The notes under the pieces are model-generated. The model searched no databases, was not told the DNA's origin, and saw only the letters and a list, made by a program, of their open reading frames with translations. From positions 45,470-65,469 of the forward strand of contig JALAGF010003705.1 of the NCBI GenBank assembly GCA_030167865.1: a stretch of DNA of 20,000 nt, in the 5' to 3' direction. This DNA is from Craspedostauros australis. Lineage: Eukaryota. This document shows positions 9,561 through 19,903 of this stretch, piece by piece (the stretch's first letter is position 1; each line of letters begins with the position of its first letter). Made by a program: the position numbers and the translations under genes.

Positions 9561-10328
9561 TCACTGCGTCCCCAAACGTTGACCACCGGTGCCCCATTGA
9601 TGCCTAGCCTGAGCTGCAGGAGGAGCGGCAGCAACGCGTCGACCACCACCAGCACCAGCAGCAGCGGGCGGAGCATCCACCTCAGGCGTGTACTCCCCAA
9701 CTCCAAAGTAATCGAGCAGGAAATTGGGCGTCGTCAGGACCTGCTTGCCGTAGACCGCCGGCACGACGTCGACCAAGAAATAGTACAGGTGACCCACCGC
9801 GAGTCCGTGCAGCATGTCCATCCATGACGATCCCATGAAGACGGTCAATGCGAGATACGCGAAGGGAAGGTAGTTAGCCGCCATGGGGATTCCCCATATG
9901 TTGGCCTGTGATGTTGGATGGCGCTTGCTCCACACGTAGAGGACGTAGTAGATGAGGTTTCGAGAAAAGACGGGAGGCAAATCCAGCGGGAATATGGCGA
10001 AGGTGAGCAGGATGGCGACGGCGCCGAAGATGAGGCAGAATGCGTAGTCGGCGGTGCCGCCACCCGCACCCGTGTTGAAGGGACCGCCAGCCTCGTACTG
10101 CTTGCTGAACTGCACGAGCATGTAGGCGCTGATTAACGTGTTGAATTGGAACGGCCCGACGAAGCAGAAGCTGGTGAGGAACCTCCAAATCTCAAAGTTG
10201 TTCTTGATGAGGGACCAATCGTACATGACCTGCGGGATGCTGACTATGCCAAAGTTGGCGCTGAGGGTCACGATCATGGTGGCACCGAACCAATATCTGG
10301 TGACGAACGGCAGCGAGTTGAACCATTG
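9561..10328 (-). CDS. DER1: Derlin (Der1 family ERAD rhomboid pseudoprotease), exon 2
   Basis: Acceptor ccgcag|CAA TGG. Motifs QWFNSLPFVTRYW, EIWRFLTSF, YVWSKRHP, YLPF and GHLYYFL, plus a C-terminal SHP box (WGTGGQRLG). Confidence 0.95.
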   Translation of the reverse strand, partial: QWFNSLPFVTRYWFGATMIVTLSANFGIVSIPQVMYDWSLIKNNFEIWRFLTSFCFVGPFQFNTLISAYMLVQFSKQYEAGGPFNTGAGGGTADYAFCLIFGAVAILLTFAIFPLDLPPVFSRNLIYYVLYVWSKRHPTSQANIWGIPMAANYLPFAYLALTVFMGSSWMDMLHGLAVGHLYYFLVDVVPAVYGKQVLTTPNFLLDYFGVGEYTPEVDAPPAAAGAGGGRRVAAAPPAAQARHQWGTGGQRLGTQ

Positions 10329-10374
10329 CTGCGGGAGGATAGTGGAGTGCAGGAGTGCAATAATGAAGACAGGC

Positions 10375-10428
10375 AGAGAGAGAGAGAGAGAGGGCATAGG
10401 GGTAGAGGGGGAGAAGCAGAGAGAGAGA
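10375..10428. repeat. (GA)n/(TC)n microsatellites in the Derlin intron
   Basis: Two AG-dinucleotide runs that read as pyrimidine tracts on the coding strand. Confidence 0.8.
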
Positions 10429-10572
10429 GTTGATCAGAATGGAGAGATGGAAACAAGAGTAGCACACAGCCCAGTGCGAAATTGAATGGCCTCAACTACA
10501 ATTGCCTGGTCTGTCTGATCATGCTCCATCTCCTTTCACCGCATTGACGACATGCACATCGAATGCACTCAC

Positions 10573-10626
10573 GTCTGGCCCCGCTGGGTTGTTGACCTCC
10601 CCATTTCCAGGTTGAGCAAATGGCAT
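10573..10626 (-). CDS. DER1: Derlin exon 1 (18 codons)
   Basis: caaaATG CCA TTT... reads MPFAQPGNGEVNNPAGPD, then a |GTGAGT donor. A phase-0 intron at 10329-10572 (244 nt) gives the typical 'GPDQWFNSLP' Derlin N-terminus. Confidence 0.82.
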
Positions 10627-11301
10627 TTTGGAAGCGAGCGCGAGTCTCCGTGGAGTGTTGGGGTGTGTTTGCTGGCAGAGTTTGTGGGAACTGCCCTCTC
10701 TTGCGATGATTCGGTTGCACGATGTTGACGCAAATGCTTGTCAAATGCTGCACCTTGCTCGTTGTTCTACAATTCCAGAGTGCAAGATGAGACGAGAGAT
10801 GTGGTGAGATGTGATGGTCGCAGACAGACAGTGGAAGGGAGGCTGATTGCGATGTTGTTGAGTTCCCGTTGTTGTTGGTGGTGGCATTTGGGTGATCGTA
10901 TTCCGTGTTTTCCTCCACGATGACTGATCGAAACATGCATCATCTTTCCTCATCGTTTGTGTTCCGTTGAGCGAGGTGCGACTCACTCGAATACAATACA
11001 TCGTGTTGTGCAAAAAACGGGTTGCACACTACAGACACGTTGGTTGCGACATCTGGGATTGCGCGACGATGAACCATGATCGTGGTGGAGCGATGACCGT
11101 CTTTCGCTCACCGACATGGGAAGGCACAAAGAGAGAATCCCCAGACAAAGGCGAGCCTTTCGACAGGGATCTACGTGAGAGTAGTCGTAGCAATAGGTTG
11201 TCGCCCCACATGGACGAGCGTGGACAAGAGTATTCACATCAATGCACAAAATCGTGGAATTGATGCCACACGTACCAATATCGCAGCAAAACGAAGCAAT
11301 C

Positions 11302-13112
11302 ATGGAAGGCGGTGCTGCAAGCGACAAGCAACCAGGCCAAGCTCCCGAGGAGAGGAACGATAGCCACGTCGACCATGGCGAAGCCAATGGCAAGAACGGA
11401 GGCGTGGTGGATGCTGGCAATGGCAACAGCAATGGCAGAAGCAATGGCAGAAGCAATGACAGCAATGACACCAGCAACAGCACCAAAGATGCGCCGATGG
11501 CCGAAAGCGAACATCTGACGGAACCAGCCACCAAGAAACAGCGCATGCACTCCGGTGATGCCAAAGCCACAGCCGATGCGGCGAGCGCTCCGCCAACGTC
11601 TGCTACCGTTCATCCTCCTGGGAAACGGAAGAGCAGCGGGAACGATGATGCCGATGGCATGGGCACGAAGCAAGCTGCGAATGGTGCTGCTGACGAGAGC
11701 AGTCGTGGAGGTGGCAGTGGCGAAGTCGATCAAGAAGCGAACACCGCATCGGAGAAGACCGATGGGATGAATGAGCCCACGGATCCCCATGATGGCAGCC
11801 ATCGTGGCGACTATCAACCTAATGATTCCGCCCAAGACATGGCAGACCTTGGCAACACAGGCAACCATCCTTCGAGCATCAATATCAACAGCAACATCGA
11901 CAACAAGACCAATGGCGATACTAACAAGGCCAAAGGAGATGCCAGTGCCAGCGCCTATGCTAACACCAACGATGACAACGAGCATGAGAATGAGAACAAC
12001 AGCATCAATGGTCACGACCAAGGCACCCAGAATGGAAACGACGATAGCCACTATCAGAACACGAGTACGAAGAACTCAAACAGCGACGACGGGATCAGTG
12101 CGATGAACACAGACAACGATGTCCACGACGGAGAGACCAAGAGCATCAGCGCTCGGAGCAGGGGCACCAACAGTCACCTGCAGAGCGATAGTGACGACAG
12201 CGATGACAGCAACAGAAACAGCGACAGCGACGACAGCTCCGACAACAGCACAAGCCGAACGGGCGGCTCGGATGACCATCATGGCGACGACGACGACGAT
12301 GAAGACAGTGACAACAAAGAAGCACAGGAGGACATCATCCGTCGTGCCAACGCACCTGATGCAGAAGGTACGACAGAGCAGCGCGACATTCGCGTGGGGC
12401 ACGAACATCAGGCCCAGGTGCCATCGTTCCAGCCGGATCAACGCATCACATCAAGGCAGCCAACTTTGGTCTGGAAGCGAGACAAGATCTCCACCCAAAA
12501 GCTCGACGGTTACTTTCGAAAGGTCGCCAACGTCCTCACTCCTTACATCTACGAGAACGAATTGCACTCTCAGGAGCCATACACGCCGCTGCATTCGGAG
12601 AAGATCGACAAGCACGCACGGGCATACCCCAAAGGCGAATTGCCAACGCTCAGCACGATGTCTACATCGTCCTCTCTTTCCACCAAAATCAACTCGATGC
12701 TGCGCGAATGCGACACGGACGCGTTGCTCGCAAACCTCCACGACCACAACTACAACGTCGACGCAGCCGCCAAGGCCATCGCACGGGAACCGCGCAAGTT
12801 CGTCGCCTGCTGGACGGTCGAAGACAAGGAGCTCTTCAACTCTGGCTTCCGCCGTTACTCAGGATCCTTGCGCATGATCGCCAAGGGCATTGCGCCCACC
12901 AAGGACTTTCAGGACGTCATCGACTACCAATACCGTTTCAAGATACCCGATCAATTCCGTCGATTCCAAGAAAAGAAACGCGAGCAGGCGGTGCGAATGA
13001 TGGAATGCATCGAAACGAGACGATACGCGTCCTCCACCTTTGTGACGACAGGCGACAAGTCCAATCCGAGTGACAAGGATGGTTCATCGAAACGAGCCAA
13101 GACTGGTGAATG
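11302..13112 (+). CDS. ELM2-SANT/Myb chromatin co-repressor-like protein, exon 1
   Basis: A long N/D/S-rich disordered N-terminus is followed by the ELM2 start IRVGHEHQAQVP...LVW (about 12388), ALLANLHDHNYNVDAA, and the SANT motif WTVEDKELFNSGFRRY...DVIDYQY (about 12811). Donor TG|GTACGT at 13112/13113. The start is uncertain; in-frame ATGs also occur from 11242. Confidence 0.88.
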
Positions 13113-13533
13113 GTACGTCCTGTTCTCTTCGTGCGTGATTGGTCGCATGTATGTATCAATGCATGCATGCGTGCGTGCGTGCGTGCCTCGTACTCTACCA
13201 ACTGCAACTCCAACTGTGACTACCATACCTGTGATTGAAGCCTCTATCGCTCCCTCCATCGGCACTTGAACATCTTGGCAAGGCTTGCATACTCTCCTCG
13301 TATTCTACATGTTTCTGTGCACATTACGATCCAGCAGCATGTCGCAGTCACAGTTTCGCAGGGCTATGTATGCGCACACTTTCCGATCTGCAGAGTGAGA
13401 TAAGAGGTTCGCTCGTGATTTCACGCTCTTTGCCAATCATATTTTGTACGTCACAGCTACCGCCGTTCTCTCACCCGAACCTGTCTCCGAAATCGAACCA
13501 ACCCAATCAAACTCAACGACACACCACCAACAG

Positions 13534-13783
13534 GGCGAAAACGAGCACAAGTGACGTCGTTGGCAAAGTCGAGGCCCGTAGAGCAGCAGCCAGGCAGTTC
13601 CTACTCGACGTGGAAGCAAAGCTCGGGAAGGAAAAGCTGGCTGACGTAGCCAACGCCATCAAGAACTTGCACGACAAGTCGGTATCAGAGTTGAGGTCGA
13701 TCTTGCTCAGCGACATCCTGCAGGGCCATGCAGATCTGCAGCAACGCTGCTTGGGCTTCTTACCGAGACGCGTGCGATCATGA
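13534..13783 (+). CDS. ELM2-SANT protein exon 2, PAH-like helical domain
   Basis: Acceptor aacag|G at 13533/13534 completes the TG+G Trp codon in frame. The exon reads AARQFLLDVEAKLG...DILQGHADLQQRCLGFLP, resembling the PAH consensus (A..FL..VK..F...L..HpDL...F..FLP). Confidence 0.72.
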
Positions 13784-14351
13784 AAATGGGACACTCCGCA
13801 CGTTTTGCTCCAATGTACGACGTCAGCGCACCACTCGTAGTTTGTACCGCAATAAGTCTACTCGTATCCTATGCTTCTTGTATCCTCGACCATGAGTATG
13901 GTACTCTTATCCTCTCGTCGCGTCGCGAGTACTCTAGTGAGAGAGAGAGAGCAGAGTGTTTGTATCAGATTGTTTCTGTTGTTGTCTTTTTATATTTGTC
14001 TAGTTTGCTTTGCTTGCGTTTTAATAGCATGATCCACAAGCAATGCCACCTGTATTGTCGAGTGCAACAATGGTTGCTGTTGTTTTCGGTCTTGCTGCAG
14101 TGCTGTATCCCCGCTCTCTCAATTCTCCCTTCTCGTACAAGTGCTGTTTGCGTTGCACAACCCCTCCAGAGTATTGAGAGTATGTGTATTGTATTGTGTG
14201 GTATGGTATCGTACTGTACGACCTATAGTATCTTGTCGTTTGGTTGGAAAGTACTGGTACGAGTTTGTGTGTGCTCGTTGTGTGAGCTTGCATTCACGAT
14301 GGCCTCGTTGAGAATTCGACACCAAGTCTCATCTCTCTCGCCAATCGGAAG

Positions 14352-17297
14352 CTAATCTTCGGTAGTCTTGGTCAGCCCTGACGGTGCCTGGTGCCCCAGC
14401 CGCTTCCAGATCCTGTCATAGAACTCCTTCTCCCCAGGTCGTCGCCCACTGATCTCATCGCCCACAACGAAGCCGTGCAGGTATGTCAACTGCATGCGGA
14501 CATCGGATGGACACAATGGACAGCGACGCACGTGGTCCCAGAGGTCTGTGAGCTTGCTTGGCAACGTGCGTCGTCTACCGGGGAAGATGCGGCATAGCCC
14601 CATCCGGTTGAGCTCGCAGCAATGCCGGCAGGCGATGCCGGCCAAACCCAGCGGCAGCGTCTTGCGATTGCCAGTCCGTTCCACCTGCTGCAGCTCGACC
14701 CTCTGAACCTGGGTCATGAATTCGTAAAGGAATTCTGGCACCAACGGTTTGTCGTCGGGATCAACCAACAGCATGGGCAGATCAGTCTCAGCGGCTGGCC
14801 TCGAGCTGTGCGCCAAGCGATCCAACATCTGCTCTGACGTCAACGTCGACGCACCATCGAACGGCAGTGGATGAGCACCGAGAGCGTTAGGGTCTTCATT
14901 GATCCAGATTCCGTATTCGGAATCGACCAACCCGCGCTTCATGGCGGCGTACACCCAGTAGTGCTTTGAATCTGTCGCACCCTGCGACGTTTTGGCTTTC
15001 AGCTCCAAGAACCGATGGCGCAGCGAACTTGGAATCGCGGTGCATTTGCCAAAGTGATCCCGCAGCATCATTGTCAGGCTTTGGTAGATTCGGCTCAGCG
15101 ACGAAGGGAAGCTGGAGGATCGGCTCGCACGCGCATTCATCTTCATGTGAGCACAGAAGCGGCATCGGATACCGACCTGCCCATGCGTGACCTTCTTACT
15201 GCTGTTCCGAGTGCGAACGTCCAACATGCTGGCCCGGAAGATTTCCACCAATTCCATGCGAACGAAGCACAGGAACTCTGACAACCAATTGTGATCCTCA
15301 TCGGCGGCGAGCGGGATTGGTGTTCTGTCGGTGTATAATGGGATCATTGTGGACTCGATGGATGGCAATGGAAGCAACGAGGTAACCATGCGATTCAGCG
15401 CATCTGGATCTGTGGCACGAAGCTCTGTGTGGTGCTCCCTTCTTGCTGATGGCATGTAGCCGTATGGAGGCTGGAAGGCTGCTGATACCATCGCCAAGTC
15501 TTGTTGTCTACTGCTGTTATTGCCACCAACATCCCCACCATTAGCAGCAGCAGCAGATGGCCAATCCATCGCTCTGGCGCTACGAGATTCTTGGTCGTCC
15601 ACTGCTGATGTTCGTGTTGAGGACATCGCAGCCATGACGGCAGCTTCATCGGCCCAAGCAGCACGGGATGCTCGTGATGACGAGAGTCCTGCCGGAAAGG
15701 CCGGGTGGTGGGAGGACTGCGGAGCAAGGGGGTGGACTGATGCCGATGAATGCGATCTTGGGCGTGAGTGCCCGGGCACAAAATGGATGCTATCATCCAC
15801 GGCAGGATAGTCTTGGCCACGTTGGAAGGAAGGAGCCATTGCTGAGTCAGCTCGTTCAGGATATGCGCCTTCCTCACCTGCACCTGGTGATTCGTGAGGC
15901 CTGCCGGGATGTTGATGACGATGATGGCGTGCAGAAGAGAATGGTGGACCAAGTGACTGAGCTACCTGCGCCCAAGGCATCGCGTGTTGGGCATTGTCGT
16001 TGGTCGCACCAGTGCGTGGGTCTACCAAGAAGTATGCAGGATCAACTGGGCCTGAGCGAAGGTGGTAGTCAGCAAGGTGATGGTGCATGTGCTGGCTCTG
16101 TTCGTAGAACGCTTCTCGGGGGTACGCAGAGTGCTGTTTGTCTTGGTAATGATAGCGATTGTAGGGTTGGATAGCATTGCTGTGAGGGTAGTGGTGCTGT
16201 GGGTGTAACGGTGGGTACTGCTGAGCTGGGTCTGCATCTGCACCTGCACCTGGACGTGGATATGTCTCATCGAGATGTCGTCTGGAGGAAGGTAAACGAG
16301 GAGACGTGTATTGAGGTGGGTTGTAGAGAGACTCCTGCCGTCTGTCGTCGTGCATGGTTGCGTGGTGAACTCGCGATTCTTGGTGTAGTCTTGGATCCGC
16401 GCTCATAGTGGGGCCTCCGTGAAGGTAGTATGCTGGATCAGCATGCATGTCATGCCTGCCAACCATTGCACTAGGATCTCCATCAATACCAACACCAACA
16501 CCAGCTCTGGACCACGGGTAGCCCGCAATGGCACCAGGAGGATCTCTGATGTTGTGCATACCTGCTGCCCGGTCGCTGTCATAGCCACCTTTGGCATCAT
16601 CTACGACCTGTGTGTGAGCTTCGTGCCTTCGGCGTTTGAGGAGGCTAGGGCTGTATGGATCCCGAGCACTGACGTCAGCATGCGCACGGGAAGAGAGAAC
16701 TCTGGGAGATCCAGTCATCAGGTCCAGCTGGGCACGTTCATCGTCCCTTCTAGTGCCGTGCACAGCCTCTGCATGATTCGCTCGTTGCTGTTGCGGTAGA
16801 CGTTGCTGCAGGGACAGTGATTCGGACGATTTGACCTCAGTTCCAACCGGCTTGTTGCCATCCTTCATCATCATCTGCTCTCCTCGCTCCATGTGCCCGT
16901 CAGATGCATCGCCGATGGCGCTTCGTGGATCGAATGTTCTGTGAATATCAACGTCACTGCCACCAGCAGCAGCAATGGAAGTGATCCCGCCAGCTTTCAT
17001 GTCGTCTTGATCTGGAGATCGCCGTTTCTTTGAACCGAGCCTACCTGCTTGCTCGTCATGTCTTGGGAATGGAGGTTGTCTGTTCATCCGGGCTGCAGCT
17101 TCCGTAGCGAATGGTACAGGGACGAATGCTTCTCGCTGGTTGTCGTTGTCGTCGCCGTCGTTGTTGGTGTTGTTGTTATCATGGGTTGAGAGACGATGGT
17201 TCCCATCAGCAGCAGCATGCAGCTCTTCGTCCGTCCGGCCCTGCATGTGAAACGGGCACAGTCTTGTTGTTGGTGCTGGAACGATCAACTCGAGCAT
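14352..17297 (-). CDS. Uncharacterised protein with a long His/Pro-rich disordered region and two C-terminal Cys/His ('GQVGIRC'-type) domains
   Basis: Uninterrupted ORF of about 981 aa from ATG 17297 (start uncertain). Domain 1 is LSEFLCFVR..GQVGIRCRFCAH..FPSSLSRIYQS..RDHFGKC..YW. Domain 2 is GLAGIACRHC..RIFP..DHVRRCPLCP..FYDRIWKRL. Confidence 0.85.
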   Translation of the reverse strand: MLELIVPAPTTRLCPFHMQGRTDEELHAAADGNHRLSTHDNNNTNNDGDDNDNQREAFVPVPFATEAAARMNRQPPFPRHDEQAGRLGSKKRRSPDQDDMKAGGITSIAAAGGSDVDIHRTFDPRSAIGDASDGHMERGEQMMMKDGNKPVGTEVKSSESLSLQQRLPQQQRANHAEAVHGTRRDDERAQLDLMTGSPRVLSSRAHADVSARDPYSPSLLKRRRHEAHTQVVDDAKGGYDSDRAAGMHNIRDPPGAIAGYPWSRAGVGVGIDGDPSAMVGRHDMHADPAYYLHGGPTMSADPRLHQESRVHHATMHDDRRQESLYNPPQYTSPRLPSSRRHLDETYPRPGAGADADPAQQYPPLHPQHHYPHSNAIQPYNRYHYQDKQHSAYPREAFYEQSQHMHHHLADYHLRSGPVDPAYFLVDPRTGATNDNAQHAMPWAQVAQSLGPPFSSARHHRHQHPGRPHESPGAGEEGAYPERADSAMAPSFQRGQDYPAVDDSIHFVPGHSRPRSHSSASVHPLAPQSSHHPAFPAGLSSSRASRAAWADEAAVMAAMSSTRTSAVDDQESRSARAMDWPSAAAANGGDVGGNNSSRQQDLAMVSAAFQPPYGYMPSARREHHTELRATDPDALNRMVTSLLPLPSIESTMIPLYTDRTPIPLAADEDHNWLSEFLCFVRMELVEIFRASMLDVRTRNSSKKVTHGQVGIRCRFCAHMKMNARASRSSSFPSSLSRIYQSLTMMLRDHFGKCTAIPSSLRHRFLELKAKTSQGATDSKHYWVYAAMKRGLVDSEYGIWINEDPNALGAHPLPFDGASTLTSEQMLDRLAHSSRPAAETDLPMLLVDPDDKPLVPEFLYEFMTQVQRVELQQVERTGNRKTLPLGLAGIACRHCCELNRMGLCRIFPGRRRTLPSKLTDLWDHVRRCPLCPSDVRMQLTYLHGFVVGDEISGRRPGEKEFYDRIWKRLGHQAPSGLTKTTED

Positions 17298-18025
17298 AGG
17301 TGTGGATTTGTGTTGCGTATGGGTGGCAAGAGGATGGGGTATTAAACAAGTGTAGTATTGGTGTGGTATTGGTGTGATGTGCGAGCGTAGTGGAGTATGT
17401 GCTCTATGCGAAACTCTGTCTGCCTTTGTCTCTCTCTCTCTGTGTCTGTCTCTGAATGCGAAATGTTGTGGAGGCCTTTTATGCTGGATTGTCAAAATGG
17501 TCGAATGTTGCAATGTTCCAACGTATAGTATCGTGCAAACCATACAGCCATGCATTCAATCATCTATCGAACCACTGGTGTGCATGTATGGTATGGTTCG
17601 GGTGTGCGCTGCCTCGTCCACCCGATAGAGAGTTGCTGTGTGTTTGGAGAGAAGGGAGGACTGTGCGGTTTTGTGTTGTCACTTTCGTTGTGCCCTTGTA
17701 CAGGTGCCGCCTCTATTGTCCGCCAGTCCGCAGTCTCTTGACGTGGTTTGGTTGCGATTAGATTGCCTGCCTGTCTTTGCGGTGTCCAGCCACAACCACA
17801 ACGACAGCAATGTCAATAGTAATGCCGACTTGCCGAAGCAGAAGTGTTGATTTAGGAAGGGGAGAGAAGGTGAGGGGAAGAGAGAGAGAGAGGCAGAAAT
17901 AATTTTGTTGATGTTGGTGGTCGATCCGCTCACAGATCCGGTGATTTTGTCGTGGACGAATGGCCTGTGCAGACAAACGAACCTTGGGTGTGAATGCGTT
18001 CTTCTGTGCACCAATCGTCTGACGA

Positions 18026-18130
18026 GATGATGACGATGACGACGATAACGATAACGATGATGATGATGATAACGATAACGATAACGATAACGATGATGAT
18101 GATGATGACGATGGCGATACTGACGATGAT
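18026..18130. repeat. Compound trinucleotide microsatellite (GAT/GAC and GATAAC units)
   Basis: About 35 triplets of GAT/GAC/AAC, including (GATAAC)n blocks. Confidence 0.9.
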
Positions 18131-19399
18131 GTGAAGACCTCGTTCTTTCGATTGTAATGCCGTATCCTTGTCTGGGTTGTCTCGATTGTCACACCTGTAA
18201 CAACTGTCTCAACCATCCCAGTCTGTTTCACTGTGGCGTTGCCAGCGAGAGGACGAGTACGACAAAAAAACACCACAGAGAAGGGCACTGGACGAGAAAG
18301 AGAGCAACGATGCACGAACGCGTCCACCGCAATTCTACTCCGCTGCGTGGCTCGCACATTCAAGTACCATGCATACGGACAAGCATCACAACACCCCGAT
18401 TGTCGGACGCGTACTCCGGTTGGTACTCCCGAAGGGGCGCTGCCACTGCCAATCGCCAGTTTTGCCATGGGTGATCTTCACGGATGAGTTCGCGCAGACG
18501 CACGTTTGTTGCATAGCGCGGACGAATGGTGATGCGTTGCGCGTGCTACGGTGACAGCCACGTCGCGCAGGACTGCGGTGTTGGGGAAGTGAGGGCGAAT
18601 GTTGTTCCGAGCAGACATTCTTGTTGCCGGTTTTATCACTTCTGCGTGACCAAGGGAGCCAACCAGAATGATCACAATTGTTCGCATTCGAATGCCGGCT
18701 ACAGTGAATGGTGCCAGAACATTTTCAAGCCAGCTCGCGGCATCACTTTTGCACCCCCTTCGACTGAGCGGACAACACATTATTGCACTTGTTTGGACAG
18801 TGCGACAGGCCTTGTGCATGCTCTCATTCGGCCACTTAATGTGCTTTCTTGGTCGTTAATTGAATCTGGCCAAGTCAAGGAAGAGAAGGCCATGAACGCA
18901 ACAAGCACTTCTTTGAACTATATTTATGACAACCGGACAACAAAAACTGCACAGAATGAACAGCCGCCTCACGGAAACGCTCTCACTGTACCAGGTAGAA
19001 GTCGCACCCACCAGGTACGGACCCATGGGCTCGTCCCTGCTTTTCACAGAAGGCAGTCCTGGTTCCAGTTCGTTTCTTATCGTGTCTCTGACAGGGCAGA
19101 AGAGACTTCATGTTCACGCAGCAGTAACTCCCTGTTGTTGGAAAGGAATACTGTCGTGTCCATAGATAGAGTATATAGTACGAAGGGCTCAGTACCTGAC
19201 CGCTTCTTAAAGTACAGTCAAGTATAGTAAAGTAGTATAATAGTTCGTAGAGTACCTGAACACGAACAGGACCAGTACTCCAGTGACACCAACAAGACAT
19301 CCCCTGTCCGTGCTCTCGAGAGTGATCATCACCTTCGATCTCTGCTTGTCTGGATCCAATGGAATGCATCGTGCCAGTGTACGCGACTCTGTTCTGATG

Positions 19400-19713
19400 T
19401 ATGAGCCCCCCGAGTGAGTCGACCTGCACTTTGTCCTGGGACTCAACACCTTTTTTCTCGGATATCCAAACAAATCACATATTCATAATCCCCATATTCT
19501 AAAACCAAATACTGATTCAAATCACTTTCCGGTTAGACCTTATTTTAAGTTTTATGAGCCCGATCAGTGAGTCGACCTGCACTTTGTTATGGGACTCAAC
19601 AACATTTTTATAGTAGATCCAAACCGACTGCATATTCATAATCCTCATGTTCTAAAACCAAATACTGGTACAAATTACTTTTCGGTTAGACCTTATTTTA
19701 AGTTTTATGGGCG
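19400..19713. repeat. AT-rich tandem repeat with a 153-bp unit, about 2 copies visible, truncated by the assembly gap
   Basis: AGTGAGTCGACCTGCACTTTGT starts at 19413 and 19566, and GGTTAGACCTTATTTTAAGTTTTATG at 19531 and 19684, so the period is 153. A hand alignment gives about 21 mismatches in 148 nt with no indels. Confidence 0.93.
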
Positions 19714-19830
19714 NNNNNNNNNNNNNNNNNNNNNNNNNNNNNNNNNNNNNNNNNNNNNNNNNNNNNNNNNNNNNNNNNNNNNNNNNNNNNNNNNNNNNNN
19801 NNNNNNNNNNNNNNNNNNNNNNNNNNNNNN
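19714..19830. other. Assembly gap (117 N)
   Basis: Run of N characters. Confidence 1.
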
Positions 19831-19903
19831 TCGAAGATGTCGTTCGGTTGGTACGCGTTAAATACACGTTAGCATCTGCGACATGATCTCACATTTTGCT
19901 CGT

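Noticed and set aside
6294..10626. XPC-Derlin adjacency as a Rad23/Cdc48-linked functional cluster
   Set aside because: The genes are convergent housekeeping genes. Eukaryotic neighbours are usually unrelated and there is no synteny evidence here.
9096..13783. TGA stops of XPC, Derlin and the ELM2-SANT gene as possible selenocysteine codons
   Set aside because: The stops fall at the expected ends of the proteins or domains, with no redox-motif context and no SECIS element recognised.
13780..14355. 191-aa hydrophobic ORF
   Set aside because: It lies in the TG-rich convergent 3' UTR region, and the Val/Cys/Leu richness comes from low-complexity sequence.
17298..17555. N-terminal extension of the 1067-aa ORF
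   Set aside because: It starts at a non-ATG codon and spans CA/GA-rich UTR-like sequence, so it is more likely 5' UTR.
17758..19227. 236-aa and 233-aa ORFs
   Set aside because: One is held open by the microsatellite and the other has no motifs. No transposase or reverse transcriptase signatures were seen.
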